From Mobula hypostoma (Eukaryota): a stretch of DNA of 64,000 nucleotides. Shown here in pieces: positions 36,026 through 49,156 of the stretch. The stretch spans positions 13,206,001 through 13,270,000 of the forward strand of contig NC_086128.1 in assembly GCF_963921235.1 (NCBI RefSeq), written 5' to 3'. The notes under the pieces were generated by a model. It searched no databases. It was not told where the DNA came from and was given only the letters and a program-made list of their open reading frames with translations. Made by a program: the position numbers and the translations under genes. Numbering within the stretch: the first letter of the stretch is position 1; each line of letters starts with the position of its first letter.

Positions 36026-39000
36026 GAAGCCATGATCAAAGAAACACATAAAGGTTTTAGAAGAGATTCTGTTCCCATGTTGCTTTCCATGATGTGTGTT
36101 ATATAGATATGCACGCCAAAGCCAAATTGGATTCTGACCCATAATTTATTTTTATGTCGATTAAATATTCCTCTTCAATTCATTGCATATTCTGAACACT
36201 TATTTTACTCCTCATAATTTGTGCTCACCTCATCCTCTTGTAAATCCATTGTCTAATTTAACTTAAAATGTGTGCAAATGACACAGAAGTTTTTCTATAA
36301 AGGTTTTTGTGTTAGAACAAATCACTGGGCTGCGATGCTGCGCAAATATTCCGATCTACTTTTCTCCTTTGTCTATTTGCTTTCTTGACGCAAAACTGAA
36401 GTTTAGCAGCAGATGAAATTGTAAGTTTTTCTGGCAGTAATGAGCAAAAAGAAGTAGTGGAAAACTTTTTTTGTGGCTGTTGTTGGCGCTGAATGACTGC
36501 TGAATTTCCCATATAGAGGCCATTGCACCACAGAGTAATTCTCAGTGTGAAACATTTTTGGGGCATCTTGAAGATGAGGTGGCGCTCGCTTAAATACAAA
36601 TACTTTTTTGAACTTTCTGAACCATCAGATTTTACAATTTAATCTTCACAATATGAGAAAAATGCATTGCATTACCAAAGTGTCTAATTAGTTTTGAAGC
36701 TATTAGAATGACTGAACCTAAAGTGTACTTTCAGCTTTGTCATTCTTGTTGCACTGGGTGCCCAAGGTATGAAAAAGTCACAAATCCACAATAATAAGAT
36801 TAAACTCTTACCTTTTTGCTAGCTGCAAGAGCAATGTGAGCTAAAAGAATTTGAATTGCTTTTTCTGCTGGACACCAGAGCCCTAAACAAAAATGTCCTT
36901 GGTTTGGCATTTTACTTGAATTAGTTTATTGGAAGAAATGGGAAGTGGATGGGGAACACACATATTCAGGAAGGATGTCATGAGGTCAAGTGTTGTAGGT
37001 AGAAAGTGACTCTGGATCTAGCCTGCAGCTGTTGTTGCTCTGGCGTCTCTTCTCTTGAGCTGTGAATGCACCAAAACCGCAGCAAAGCACATTTCTTAAT
37101 GTTGACTGGTGACAATAATTGAGGATGGGACTGGATAAAGATAGTTGAGTAAAATGGATGAAAAACAAGTGTCAAAAACAGTTCCTCTGCATACAGCTTG
37201 AGTCAGCAATACAAATCTTTTTCAAATCCTTGTGTGAAAATGCATATTCTATTTAATCCAAATATTGTAATTTGTATGCAAGTTCAAGAAATGTACAAAT
37301 TCTTTGATAAATTGTGTAGAGCTGATAATTTACAGTATACCGTAAAGTAATTATAAAGACAGTCTTACCTGGGGCCAGAATAGAAGTGTTTGCACACCAT
37401 CTTTTAAGTTTGCTGAGCTGAACTGTTGCAGGTAGGGAATGTGCACATTCATGTTGAAAATATCTTTTCTCCCTTTCAAGCTTGTGTCCATCTCCATTAG
37501 GAGCAGGACATTCCTTTCCTGGCTAGTTGGCTTCAAACCAGATAATGCCCTTAAAGACATTTTGAACACAGTTTATCTTTTTTCTTAAACTTTGAAACTC
37601 TTGAAAATCCACAGATCATGGTAAAAATCCATTGGGATTTTATATTCAATGTTCTGACCACATGATTCATTTTCCTGAAATTTGCCAAAATGATCTTCTA
37701 ATTAGTTAAATGTGAATGGCTTTTGTTTATTCACTGTTGAAATTTAACTGATGTCACTGTAACAATTCAATTTCATTGGACCAGGTGCTCAATTTTAAAG
37801 GAGTGGTTGTGACATTTTACCCAAAGTTTGATTACATTGTTGTTTAATTAGCTAGTTATTGGGGGCACTTACCCTCAATTGTTGCTTTTCTGTTAACCTT
37901 ATCTTCAACTTGTATATAGTAGCTGTGTAGTCTTTTCAGATATGCACGTGATGCTTGTCAGGTTCTTGTGTGGTCGAGAAATTAGAACCAATGATCTAAT
38001 CTTGCACAATTGAAAGAAACTTAAATGATCAAATTCATTTGCAATGTTCCCATTATTATTCTACTAGTTATTTGTAATAGCTCTTCAGCTGCTTTGCTGT
38101 AATTTGTATTAAGCCAGTGAGGGTGGGAAAGGAATATACATTTCTCTGGACAACTTTCTCCCACAGCTCCTTATGCTACCATTATGAACATCCAGGATTC
38201 CCTTGACTGAAACTAACACATACAATATTGTTGGTATGCTTGTAAAACATTTAAGAGCCATTCAAAACCAAGCCCTTTCCAGTTTGGTTAAGAGCTATAT
38301 GGACGACAGTATAGTAAACTAAGTAAATACCATATATCATGGTGATAGCACCAATTAAAATGGTGCAAATGCTAGATATTGGACCCTTTTCAAGGAATTT
38401 TCAAACTAGTCTGTATATTCAGTTAACATAGGTGAGTGAATAAAAGCATTATTTAATGTGTCACAGAATCCTGGTGAATGTAACGTGTTTGAATATGACA
38501 TATTTGCATAAAACAGGAATCTCTATCACTATTGGGTCAGGAAAAATTCAAAATTTAAGATAATTTTCTTATAGTTTTATGCATATTTATAAAATTGATT
38601 CTGAGGTGTCTTAAATTCTGTCAAAACTTAATTATTTTAATATTGTCTGTTTATGAAAAACAGTTGAGCTATCATTTTATAAAATAATCTTTGGCTCCAA
38701 TATTGGCAATTTTTGTCTTTCACATTTGTTGGGTTGGGGAGGTATCAATAACTTCAGATATTTGTATAATTTTTGAAATTTTCCTTGGCATGAAGTTCAC
38801 CAATAATTTGGCAATGGATGATGCACTGAACAAAAATGTGAATTACCCCTTAAAATCAGCATTGCCAAGTAAGCTAATTTTCTGCTCAAGATTTATTTAG
38901 TCTTGTGTATAAAGTGAGAGAATTCTTTTGCTAAATGGTCATTATGAACCATTAGTGTTTTGTTAGCTTACAAACATTAAGGTATCATTTCAATGAGACA

Positions 39001-41449
39001 TAGACTTCTCTGGAATATAAAGACCAAAAACACAACACAAATGTGTAATTGATATGTAATTTGTGTGAAATTTTCAAATTAATTTCATGCTTTTTCACGT
39101 GTTTTGTTTTACAAATTTCAATGAAAGATGTGACATACTGCAACCTTGGTGAACTATGCTATAACATTGGCACCTGTAATCCTTTATCCAGTAAATTGAT
39201 CTTAAAAGACCTCCTCACTAGTGTGATTCTCATGGTTAAAAAAATATTTGGATGGTCCATTTACCTGCTTGATCAGTAACCTGGGTCTCCATTCACCACC
39301 TGCATTCCCTTGCCACAGATGCTGTTCAACATGCTGAGTTTCTCCTTGCAGATTGTTGCTTCAGTTTCCAGCATCTGCAGTCTCTTGTCTCCCCACTTTA
39401 TTTACTCTTTCAGGCTGAACTCTTTCACACTTTCCCCCAAATAACAGGAGTAACCAGGAGAACCCACGTGTGTTTTCACTGTGTCAGATTTTTTAAAAAT
39501 TACCCATTGAATACTCCTCCAATGGTGGTCTGCCCTGATGTACTGTATCCCCAGGATTTTTCTTCTATTTCTGTCTATGCTGGAGAAATTCATAAATCAA
39601 TGAATTTACCTTTACATTTTGCTTACATTTTTTGACACCGTCTATCCTTGACACTTATGTTCTCTGTCTAAATGTCTTTATCTCCAATCTGGCTAATAGT
39701 TTTCCATTGATTATTATGAGCCCAGTGACTCTCATAGCTACTTCAATTATATATTCCACTGAGTCTTTTTTTTAAAGTTGTATCCACCCAGTTGATGCCA
39801 CCAGAGCTTCTGAAGTGTCTTCCCACTTTTCTCAGCAGTGATTGTGTTGTTATATACTGAATACTTAAAACCAAATCCATCTTATTTCCTGTACTTACCC
39901 ACTTAGCTATCTCAGAACTATTACTGTTTATCTTGCATCCCACCACTATTTGACAGATCAGTCTTTACCACTTCTAACACGATCTCACATTCCCCCAACC
40001 CCAAATTACCAAAAATATCTTCACTTTTTTTGTCATTATCTCACCACATTCCAAAGGAACGATTTCCATTCGGCCTCTAAACCACAGTGCTTGAATTCAT
40101 TTATGTTTCCATTCAACTGTAAGAAATTTGAAACCTGATCTATGGCTCAGGATTGCAAACATATTTTCAAGGGAGATGGTTAGTTTTTGTTTGCACAGTG
40201 GGTGGGGTGTTGGAAAGACTTGAACTGGGTTACAGTCATTTGTTGAAACTTCCATCTTACTCCAACTTCGATCTCTATGCGCTTGGCTTCTTGCGTTGCT
40301 CCATTGAGCTCAATACAAGCTCAAGAACATATTCTCATCTTTCTACTCCATATTTTACAGTCCTTTGCATTAAAAGTTGTCTCTTAATTTCAAAACTAAA
40401 CCACTGCTTTGATTTTCTCTCAGACGGTGTGTACTGGTAATTTAGGGTGGGTATACTGGTACTTCCAAGAATGAGGTTGGCTCTGACCAGCTTCTTGGAA
40501 AAGGAATCCCTCTGTGTCTACATGACCAACGTGGGTGTCTCCCTACCTTTTTGTTCTATTATTTTTGTGAGCTACTGGAGTGCCTTTTCTGCATTGCCAG
40601 ATCTTCTATTCTCTCCCTCTCTGCAATTCTGCTTTAACTTTTTATGCATACTTGGGTCCTAGAAACATCATTTTTCATTTGTTTTTTCTAATATCTTACA
40701 TTGTTTTCTCTTATTGCCTTACACTTCAAGATTTTTTTTAATCAGCACCGTCTCCAGATAAATTAATCTACAGTTGATCTTTATGTATAAGGACAGTACT
40801 TTTTCTCTTCATTTCCTATTCCCTGGCTCTGTTCCTCTTCATGAGCTCTGTTCTGTGGTGCCCTTCAATTGTGATGAATGATCAGAGATGTAAAACATTA
40901 ACCCTTCCTCCCTTTTTCCACTGATACTGCCTGACCTGCTGAGTGTTTCCAACATTTTCTGTTTTTTCCAAGTCCCTTGCTCTCAGGTGCCACACTGAAA
41001 CTAGATACCTCCTCATAAGAAGACCGGTCATCACATTAACGTCCCTTTCAAATTCTGAAGTTCAGTCCTCAATGTTCATTTGTTCAATTATTCTACCATT
41101 TCCATGTAGTTTATTTGTAAATGTAAGAATGAAGCCACAGACTATTTTGATACGTTTATTCTTTGTTGTATTTAAGAATATTATTAAAATGATCAACCAG
41201 TGCTGCAAACGGCTTCCTTACAAGTTGATTGGATTAGTATTATGTACATATTGTTTGCTATGCTGTGTTTGGCAGTTTTTACCCTGTGATTGTCCTTGAG
41301 AAATTCTTCTAAACAGGTTAATGTTTCGATTAATACACGTTTCCTGACCATTGGAGCTTAATACTGTTCAAGTGACTATTTAATTGAAAAGGAAATAAGT
41401 CTTTGCACTTATTTGTATGGAATCCTGACAATGTAGAACAAAAAAGAAC

Positions 41450-41598
41450 GAAGGGTCTGACGAAGTCCTGACGAAGGGTCTTGGCCCGAAACGTCGACTG
41501 TACCTCTTCCTAGAGATGCTGCCTGGCCTGCTGCGTTCACCAGCAACTTTGATGTGTGTGGCTTGAATTTCCAGCATCTGCAGAATTCCTTGTGTTTA
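41450..41598 (+). mobile_element. Short Penelope-derived insertion beginning at an intact hammerhead
   Basis: AGTC-CTGACGA-AGGGTCTTGGCCC-GAAA-CGTC-GACT followed by the ~100-nt PLE 3' end; near-perfect flanking repeat AACAAAAAAGAAC/AACAATAAAGAAC. Confidence 0.8.
41464..41500 (+). ncRNA. Minimal type I hammerhead ribozyme motif
   Basis: CUGACGA and GAAA cores, stem II GGGU/GCCC, GUC cleavage triplet, stem I AGUC/GACU. Confidence 0.75.
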
Positions 41599-41829
41599 CA
41601 ACAATAAAGAACATTTAACTTTAAGCTTGCACTTTCTATTGAACTCTCATTTACTTTTAAGTCCACGTTAAAAATTTGCTGGGTAAAATGGTTTAAGTAA
41701 CACTACTGTTTTGTTGAAGGGTCACTTGACAGTGTGTATTGTATCTAAATACAGTTAAGCCTGACATAGTGTTAGAGTTAAGGGGAAGCTCTTCACTGGT
41801 TTGAGTCATACCCATCACATAGGGCTTTT

Positions 41830-42735
41830 TGAGCTGAGACCCTTCATCAGGACTGGAAAAGAAGGGGGAAGATGCTAGAATAAGGTGGTAGAGGGAAGGA
41901 GTATAAGGTGATGGAAAGTAATAGATGAAACCAGGTGGGTGGGGGAGAGGGGAATGAAGTAAGTAGGGAGGTGATGGGTGGAACAGGCAAAGGGCTGCAG
42001 AAGGAGGACTCTGATAGAGGAAAATGGACCATGGGAGATCTCACTGATAATTACCGAATGTTGAAAGGACTAGAAAAGGTGGATGTGGAGAGGATGTTTG
42101 ATGGGGGGTCCAGATCTAGGGGGCACAGCCTCAAAATTGAGGGGTGACCCTTTAGAACAGAGAAGGAAGAATTTTTTTTTCAGCCAGAGAGTAGTGAATT
42201 TGGAATGCTCTGCTACAGACAGCTGTGGAGGCCAAGTATGCGGGTATATTTACAGTGAAAATTTATAGATTCCTGATTGGTCAGGGCACCAAAGGTTATG
42301 GTGAGAAGGCAGATGTATGAGGTTGAGTGGGATCCAGGATCAACCATGATGGGCTGAATGGCCTAATTCTCCTATGTCTTATGGGAGGGGTACCAAGGAT
42401 AGGCAGGTGATGAGAAGAGGCAAGAGGGTGCCAGAGAAGAGGGAAAGGGGGGGGGGGGGGAACTACAGACGTTGAAGAACTGGATGTTGATACCATCAGG
42501 TTGGAGGCTACCCAGATGGAATTATAGGGTGTTGCTCCTCTAATAACCTTTGGAGGAAAACCCTTCTCTCCCCCCCCCCACCTTCTTATTCCAGCATCTT
42601 CCCCCTTCCTTTGCGGTCATGAAGGGGTTTGGCCTGAAACATTGACTTTATTTATTTCCATAGATGCTGAGTTCCTCTAACACTTTGTGTGTGTTGCCCT
42701 GGATTTCTAGCATCTGCAGAATCTCTTGTGTTTGG
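41830..42735. mobile_element. Penelope-like 3' fragments (inverted pair) with a CR1 3' end inserted at ~42040-42385
   Basis: PLE purine-rich 3' segment on both sides; CR1 tail GGCCTAATTCTCCTATGTCTTATG. Confidence 0.7.
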
Positions 42736-45700
42736 AATTGGTCAGATTTGTTTCAGCTCAGATCCTACCACTGCATTCCAAAATTGACAAATAGAGGTGA
42801 TTCCCTTTGATTTGTACTCAAGTGGAGGTATCAGAGCCAGAGCAGCAATCTTGTAACTTGGTGTTATTGTGAAATTTTTACTATAGCAAGGTATTGGAAT
42901 GATAAGTTAGTGTGGTTCTTTAGTGAATAGTAGGGCAACTGGTTCTTATTTTTTGATTATATTATCTTGAAGAGTCTCTTGGGAAAAATTAAAAACAAAC
43001 CCTAAGGACATCACATCAGATACCTCCAACAGAATAAGACTAGGAGCAAGTTATTTCTTTTGCCAACAGTTATTATTTATGAAGTTGTATGCTGTGGAGA
43101 AGAGGAATAGATAGTACTGAATGAGGGTTTAAAAATCAAGGTTTTATGTGAATAAATTCCTTTTTGGTGTTTGGATAAAACTATTACAGACTTTGAATAT
43201 TCTTATTATTGCAGGTTGCCACACGCTGTGGATCAAATACACAACATGACATTTGTCTATTAACATGAGAGGAAAATTGTCACAATTTCAAGTTGTGTAG
43301 GATTGTTTTTCTTTCCTCATCTCTATGGGTTACAAACACTAGTAAACATGAAGATAAATGTAACCTTTACATTATCCTTTATAGTAATCACTGAAAAATA
43401 CATAAAAGTATATATTGTAAAGTCTTACAAGTACATAATTGTGTGGTGCTTATAAAGAGCTGGTATTGTGTTTCTGTAACTTGTGGAAGAGGATCCAATT
43501 TGGTTGCAACTTGCTATAGCAGTCAGATGGCATGTGTCTGAGCACATTTTATTTTAAAACAGACAATTTAAAAAACTCAATCTCATTCAATTTAAGTTGA
43601 CCTTGAATTTAATAGTTTCAAATTAAAAAAAAAACTATTAAATTAACTGCAAATTTTTGTTTCCAAGTGATGGGTTGGATATGAAAATTTCATAGCAGCA
43701 TCCATTCACCACCTTTAGTGTGTTGCCCTTGAAAAAATTAGTAAGTCTGTCCAGTCTGTTTTTAGTTGGCTTCTGGCTCCTTTAGCATCTTGCTTGAGAA
43801 GGCACAAAATTATTATAGTGGTATGTTTAAAAAAAAGCGTTTATTAGTTGCAACTTGATTTGTTTAATGGACATTTTTTGGAAGAATCAAATCTGCAAGT
43901 TTTCCAATAAACGTGCCCTATTAAAATACTTCCATTATCCTCCTAAAGCAATCTACAAAAGTTGTAAAAATAAAGGGAAGTTTAAGCACCAAGCAATTCA
44001 GAGTTCAAATGACTGACACACTTTAATGCTATTTCAGTGCAAAGTGTGAGCTAAGAAAGCATCCTGCATTCTTTCTTACATCTTGAATATTTTAAGAATG
44101 ATCAAATTTTTACTGAACTTGCTATTTTAAGTCTACTTCCATTTGATGCACTATGAATTCACCAATACAATCACAATCAATTTAAACTTTTACTGAAATA
44201 ATGCTGTGCCACTTTTCAAAATTTATTTATTCAAAATATAATGCCTTAACAATACTACAAAGATGCACTATTTTAACAATATAGCATCACTCCCAATTCA
44301 AAAAAAATCTTGGTCAAAAAGACCAAAGTGAATACACACAAGGAATTGCTCTTAGTGGGCAAAAAAGAAGTCCAAACTGTTTGCCCTTAAGTACAAGAAC
44401 TAATCCTAGTAATGGTGCCAATGTTAAATGAACATTTTATTTCAGGTGACTAGGAGGGGAAGAAAATCTCCATTCCAAAACAAATAAGGACAGTATTCTT
44501 CCTTCTAAAAACCTCACCACAAAGCATAAATCTCACACAGCTTGTAAAAAAAAAATCCTTGTGTGTGGATCCAGAACTTTGTTACAGGGAAGCACATTTA
44601 CAATAATACCAATTGACTAATTGTTACTGGAATATTCCCCTAATTAATTGTTTTCCAGCTACCATTCACTGTAGCCAAAGGAATTTACAATAGGGAATAA
44701 ATTGACAAATCAGGTGAACATATCGTATTAGGTTTAGCACAATTCAGAGTGTGAAATAGACAATATTCTTTCAGTTCATTAATTGTTATTAAATAGCTAT
44801 TTAAATTTTTTTTGTACCTTTTCCTTTCCCTTCTGCCTCATTGTGTTGTTTTTTACTGGAGTCAAGTGATTGATAAGGTCTGTACTCTTTATATGGGTGC
44901 CACCAGTGCAGTCCTAGTGATTAATTTTATGAGGTAGAAGTATTCATTCATACATCCCTTCATCTTTTAAGATGCTAATATTTGAACTATGTAACAATCT
45001 TATCTAGCAGCTTCAACAAGAAATGATAAAATTTATTCAATGTTGTATTTGTATGTTAGTGTAGATATGGAGTTGTAACGTTCAGATTTGGGAGCCCCAT
45101 GCTCCATCATTCATAACAATACAGTATTAGGACCATTTGAATTTCTAAAAATGTTGAAATTTAGTTTGGAATTTACAAAATAAGGTTTAAAAGAAAACAA
45201 AAATGAGGAACAGAACTCTGCTACCCCCCCCCACCCCAAGTTGTTCATAAACTTGTGTTCTTCACACAGAGCAGAAAATCTTGAGGAATGGTTGTAACTG
45301 CGTCCGTATATATTAATAGTCTTCCTGGTGTACCAAGCAGAGTGGAATTCTTGGACAACCCTACAAATGAACAGTGAAGGACTGTAGGCAGATTTTGTGA
45401 ACTTTAGTTTACATTATGTCTTCAAGAGATTATGCAGCAAAATTACCAAGTACATTGTGGTGAACATTCAGAACTTGTTCTTGTGAAATTCAAATTTTTA
45501 GATTTTGATTAGGCATTCTACAACCATTAAAGATTTAAGTCTTTCATATCCCCATAATACAAATTTTCATCCCAACCCATTAATCTTCAAAATTGTATTT
45601 CCTGCTGCCTCTTGGTTTCTCACTGACTAAATGGTGCCGAGTTACTGATAATTGTGAAAGTGTTTAAAAAATTAAAAACCAGTGTTGTGTTGTATTGTAC

Positions 45701-46956
45701 ACACAGATCAATTAGACACTTTTTATCCACTTTGAGGCAAGTTCTGCAACATGTTTTGTGAAAAAAGGCACTGGCACCTCTACTGGAAAATAAAATTGCC
45801 TATGGTCTTTATAACACTGCATCTTGAAATTTCATATTCTCTAAATTCTAAATTCAACTCTAAATTCTATGCTGGTACAACATTAGAATGCAGGGCATAT
45901 ACCCAAAATCAGCTTGTGAGTGGGCAAGGCAAACATAGAGGGTCAATCCAAACTATTTTAAAATTAAAATACTGAATTTTCTGGTGTTTATTTTGCAAAG
46001 TGAAAGGACTATAATGATCAGTTGTTGTATGTATAACATTTCATAAAGCAGAAGATTATACTTTGTCACAAAATCAATTTGCTCCCTTGTTTAATAATTT
46101 GAGTTAAATTGTCTTGAATGACAATCTAATCTATGTAAAAATACTTTTAAGTTGCAGGGTTTTGATAGTAAGAAAAATGTCTCTGAGGTTATGTAAATAC
46201 TATAAACTACTTAGAATGGTGGGGAGGGTTTTAAGTTGCACCAAGTGACCCAATACTATCTGTGTGATAAAACCTATTGGCTACAAAAGAAATTTTCCAA
46301 AACGCTAAGTTACCAGCAAAGTTCCACTTAATGATACCTCCTTATTTGGCGATTTTTTTCCGAAGTAAACTTCAATTTTATTTTGGAGGGATGGGGTGGG
46401 CGATGTTATGGGGAGCTGTTTGCTTTTTTTTTAAACAAAAAGGAAGTTATAAGATCTATAAAAATCCATTCTACTTCAGAAAAGGTAGATTTAACCAGCT
46501 AGATTGGACTTCCACTGCTGTAAAATGTAAACTTGCCTACGTTTTTCATGAACTTAAAGAACTTAAAAATATATTTTTGTCCCATCAAAACAGCCCATTA
46601 TATTATTAAAGCATGTGCAATTAGTACTTTAAAGATAGCAGGTTATAATTTCAATTTAACTTTTGTAAAATATGATTATATATAATATTTTTCCAATTAA
46701 TGAAATTCAAACCCTGAACTTGAAGAATCTTAGAATGTTGAAAATATCTGAGTAATTGATCTCCATTTGTTTTTTTAATTCCTTTTTATCTGTACTGTAA
46801 TTTAGATATTATAATTTCCTGCCTAGGGACATTGACAGCATTCATATTCTTTCAAGCACACCTTGAGTAAAAACACAGAAAATTTCACAATATATCTTTG
46901 TGATGATAGGATAGATCTTGTGTTGTAGACCACTTTCTTTAAAGAGAAAGCTACTT

Positions 46957-47142
46957 TTATAAGGCTTGTGTTTTGAGTTCAATGGGATCACTCCGAGGTT
47001 CCTGTTGTCCATCAGCTTCAAGGGGATGAGCTCCTTTAAGAATAGCCAATCTCTCTGAGATCCCTCTCATTCTGGGGAACAGGATAAAATCATACAGCAG
47101 AGCTGCAATAGAACCTCCTATCAGAGGGCCTACCCAGTATAC
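46957..47142 (-). CDS. MIP: MIP exon 4 coding part (aa 203-263 + stop)
   Basis: TTTGCAG acceptor; [10 protein letters not shown]...[16 protein letters not shown]...IELKTQAL*. The four exons sum to 792 nt = 263 aa, the AQP0 length. Confidence 0.95.
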   Translation of the reverse strand, partial: VYWVGPLIGGSIAALLYDFILFPRMRGISERLAILKGAHPLEADGQQEPRSDPIELKTQAL

Positions 47143-47832
47143 CTGCAAAGACATAATTGACATAAATAACATAAGTGAAAAACAAAGTGGTGTTAACTAA
47201 TTAGAATTGAGCATTTCCTCCTAAGGCTTGTGACTGAGACAATGCATGATTCCATAGGTCCTAATGTCCCACCTGAACCTTACCCAAGTGAATATCTTAA
47301 TGTATGAATCTAAGCAACCCAGCTATTTCTTCAGGGATACATCATAGATGAGCCAGTTCCTAAAGTTATTCAACATATGTATTTTCACCAACTGTTACAA
47401 ATGTTCCAGTTCATAGCAACCTTGCATCTGGACAATACAAACTCCACTGAAGAGACCGGAGTATGAAAATCTTAGTTAGTGCTCCAGTGCAGTATTTCTG
47501 GGCGTTCTACTCTGTTGAAGGTGTCTTTTGGGTGAGACATTCATCTGAAGGAACAGATGATATCAGATCTGCTCTTTCAAATCTATATCATTTTTCAAAA
47601 AAAAAGGCAGGGGTATTATCTCAGCTGTCAATATCTCTATAAGCCAGTATCTGGGTTATTATTGTGTTGATGTTTGTGTGAATTGCCTGCTTAGTTTCCT
47701 ATCTTATAACTGTAATTGAACTTTGAAAGTACTTTGACTGTAAAGTGCTTTACAGCCTGAGGCCATAAATAGAGGATTTTGTATATGCCCATCTACACTT
47801 TTCTACGAGAGTCACCAGTAGTAAATATTGCA

Positions 47833-48095
47833 CCATGGTAGTGTAGTGGTTAGCATGATGCTATCACAGCTCTGGGCGTTGCAGAGTTTGGAATTCAATT
47901 CTGGTGCTGTTCTGTAAGGAGTCTCTGTATGTCCTCCCCGTGGAATGCGTGCGTTTTCCCCGGGTGCTCCAGTTTCCTTCCACAGTCCAAAGATGTACTG
48001 GATAGGTTAATTGGTTATTGTAAATTGTCCCGTGATTAGGTTGGGGTTAAATTGGAATTGTCGGAGATTGCTGGGGCGGTGAGGCTCAAAGGGCC
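47833..48095 (+). mobile_element. tRNA-derived V-SINE in MIP intron 3
   Basis: A-box-like GTAGTGTAGTGGTTAGC, B-box-like GAATTCAATTC and V-domain GGGTGCTCCAGTTTCCTTCCACAGTCCAAAGA. Confidence 0.75.
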
Positions 48096-49075
48096 TACTT
48101 CGCGAAGGAAAGAAGAAAAGACTATTTTTTTGGCATCCCAAGTCTGAGGATATTTGACACCCAGTTGTGATGAGCTAATTCAACTTGAAATATGGAGCTT
48201 GGTGTTTAGAAGCAACACAATGCTCGGCATCTTAAACAGATCTTAGAAAGTTTGGCAAAATGCAGCAATGATATGTAACTGCATCAGTCTGATAGAAAAT
48301 TGGACAGGAATAGCTATGGAAAGTAGGACAATACCTTGTACCTTCCCTCACCCAGAGCAAGTAAGTTTCCTGACATACACTTGCAGCATTGTTGAGTATT
48401 TGCCTGTTGCAACTTCTGCAGTAGGATCCAACCTGCTGCAATGGAACTTTATATCTATTCAAAAAAAAAGTTAGTGAGCAAATAACTACTTTAAAGCACC
48501 TTTTAGTGCTCAGTGAGTGCTTTCCAGTTCCCATCACAGACATCCTTATCTCTGTTTTTAGAGATTGATAACAAAGCCAATTTCTGCTGAATTATAAATG
48601 ATACTGCTTTTTAAATATGTCAGTTCTTTAAAACCTGCAGCTTAGGACAAGGACATTTGACCTTCTAAGATAGTGTTTTGGATTACTTTAGAATCAAGGG
48701 CATGCTAAAAGATGCATGCTTTATTAAAAATGGGAAAGGCTTGCTTATAATGAGCATATACAGTCTGATAGATCCCCTTTAAGAATTATGGACAATTTTT
48801 AACCTTTTTAAAGTGCTTTACAAATAAGCAGAATGTATGATCAGACAGGAGAACTTGAACTTATTTAGCTGCATTTGAATTATCTGTTATCTACCAATTA
48901 TAAAAATATCCTTGAGGTACAAAAACCCCATAGTTCCTAACTTGAAAGATTCTGTTTATGTGCGATTGAAGAAATGTTGGTGCATTTTACAAGCACCTTT
49001 AATGTTTTCATTTCTTTGTAAATGAGCTTTGTTCAGTTGCTCACTTGGTTTGCATTGAATACAGTTTGTGCTTAC

Positions 49076-49156
49076 CCAGTGATTTCCAAAATTTCTAGTG
49101 AGTACGGCTGGTGCAAAGGACCTTGCTGGATTCATTCCACATCCAGTGTAATAAAG
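49076..49156 (-). CDS. MIP: MIP exon 3 (aa 176-202)
   Basis: CTCCAG acceptor; [27 protein letters not shown] contains the second NPA; 81 nt; GTAAGC donor. Confidence 0.95.

Noticed and set aside
47833-47905. Possible tRNA gene
   Set aside because: tRNA-derived head of a V-SINE; no convincing cloverleaf.
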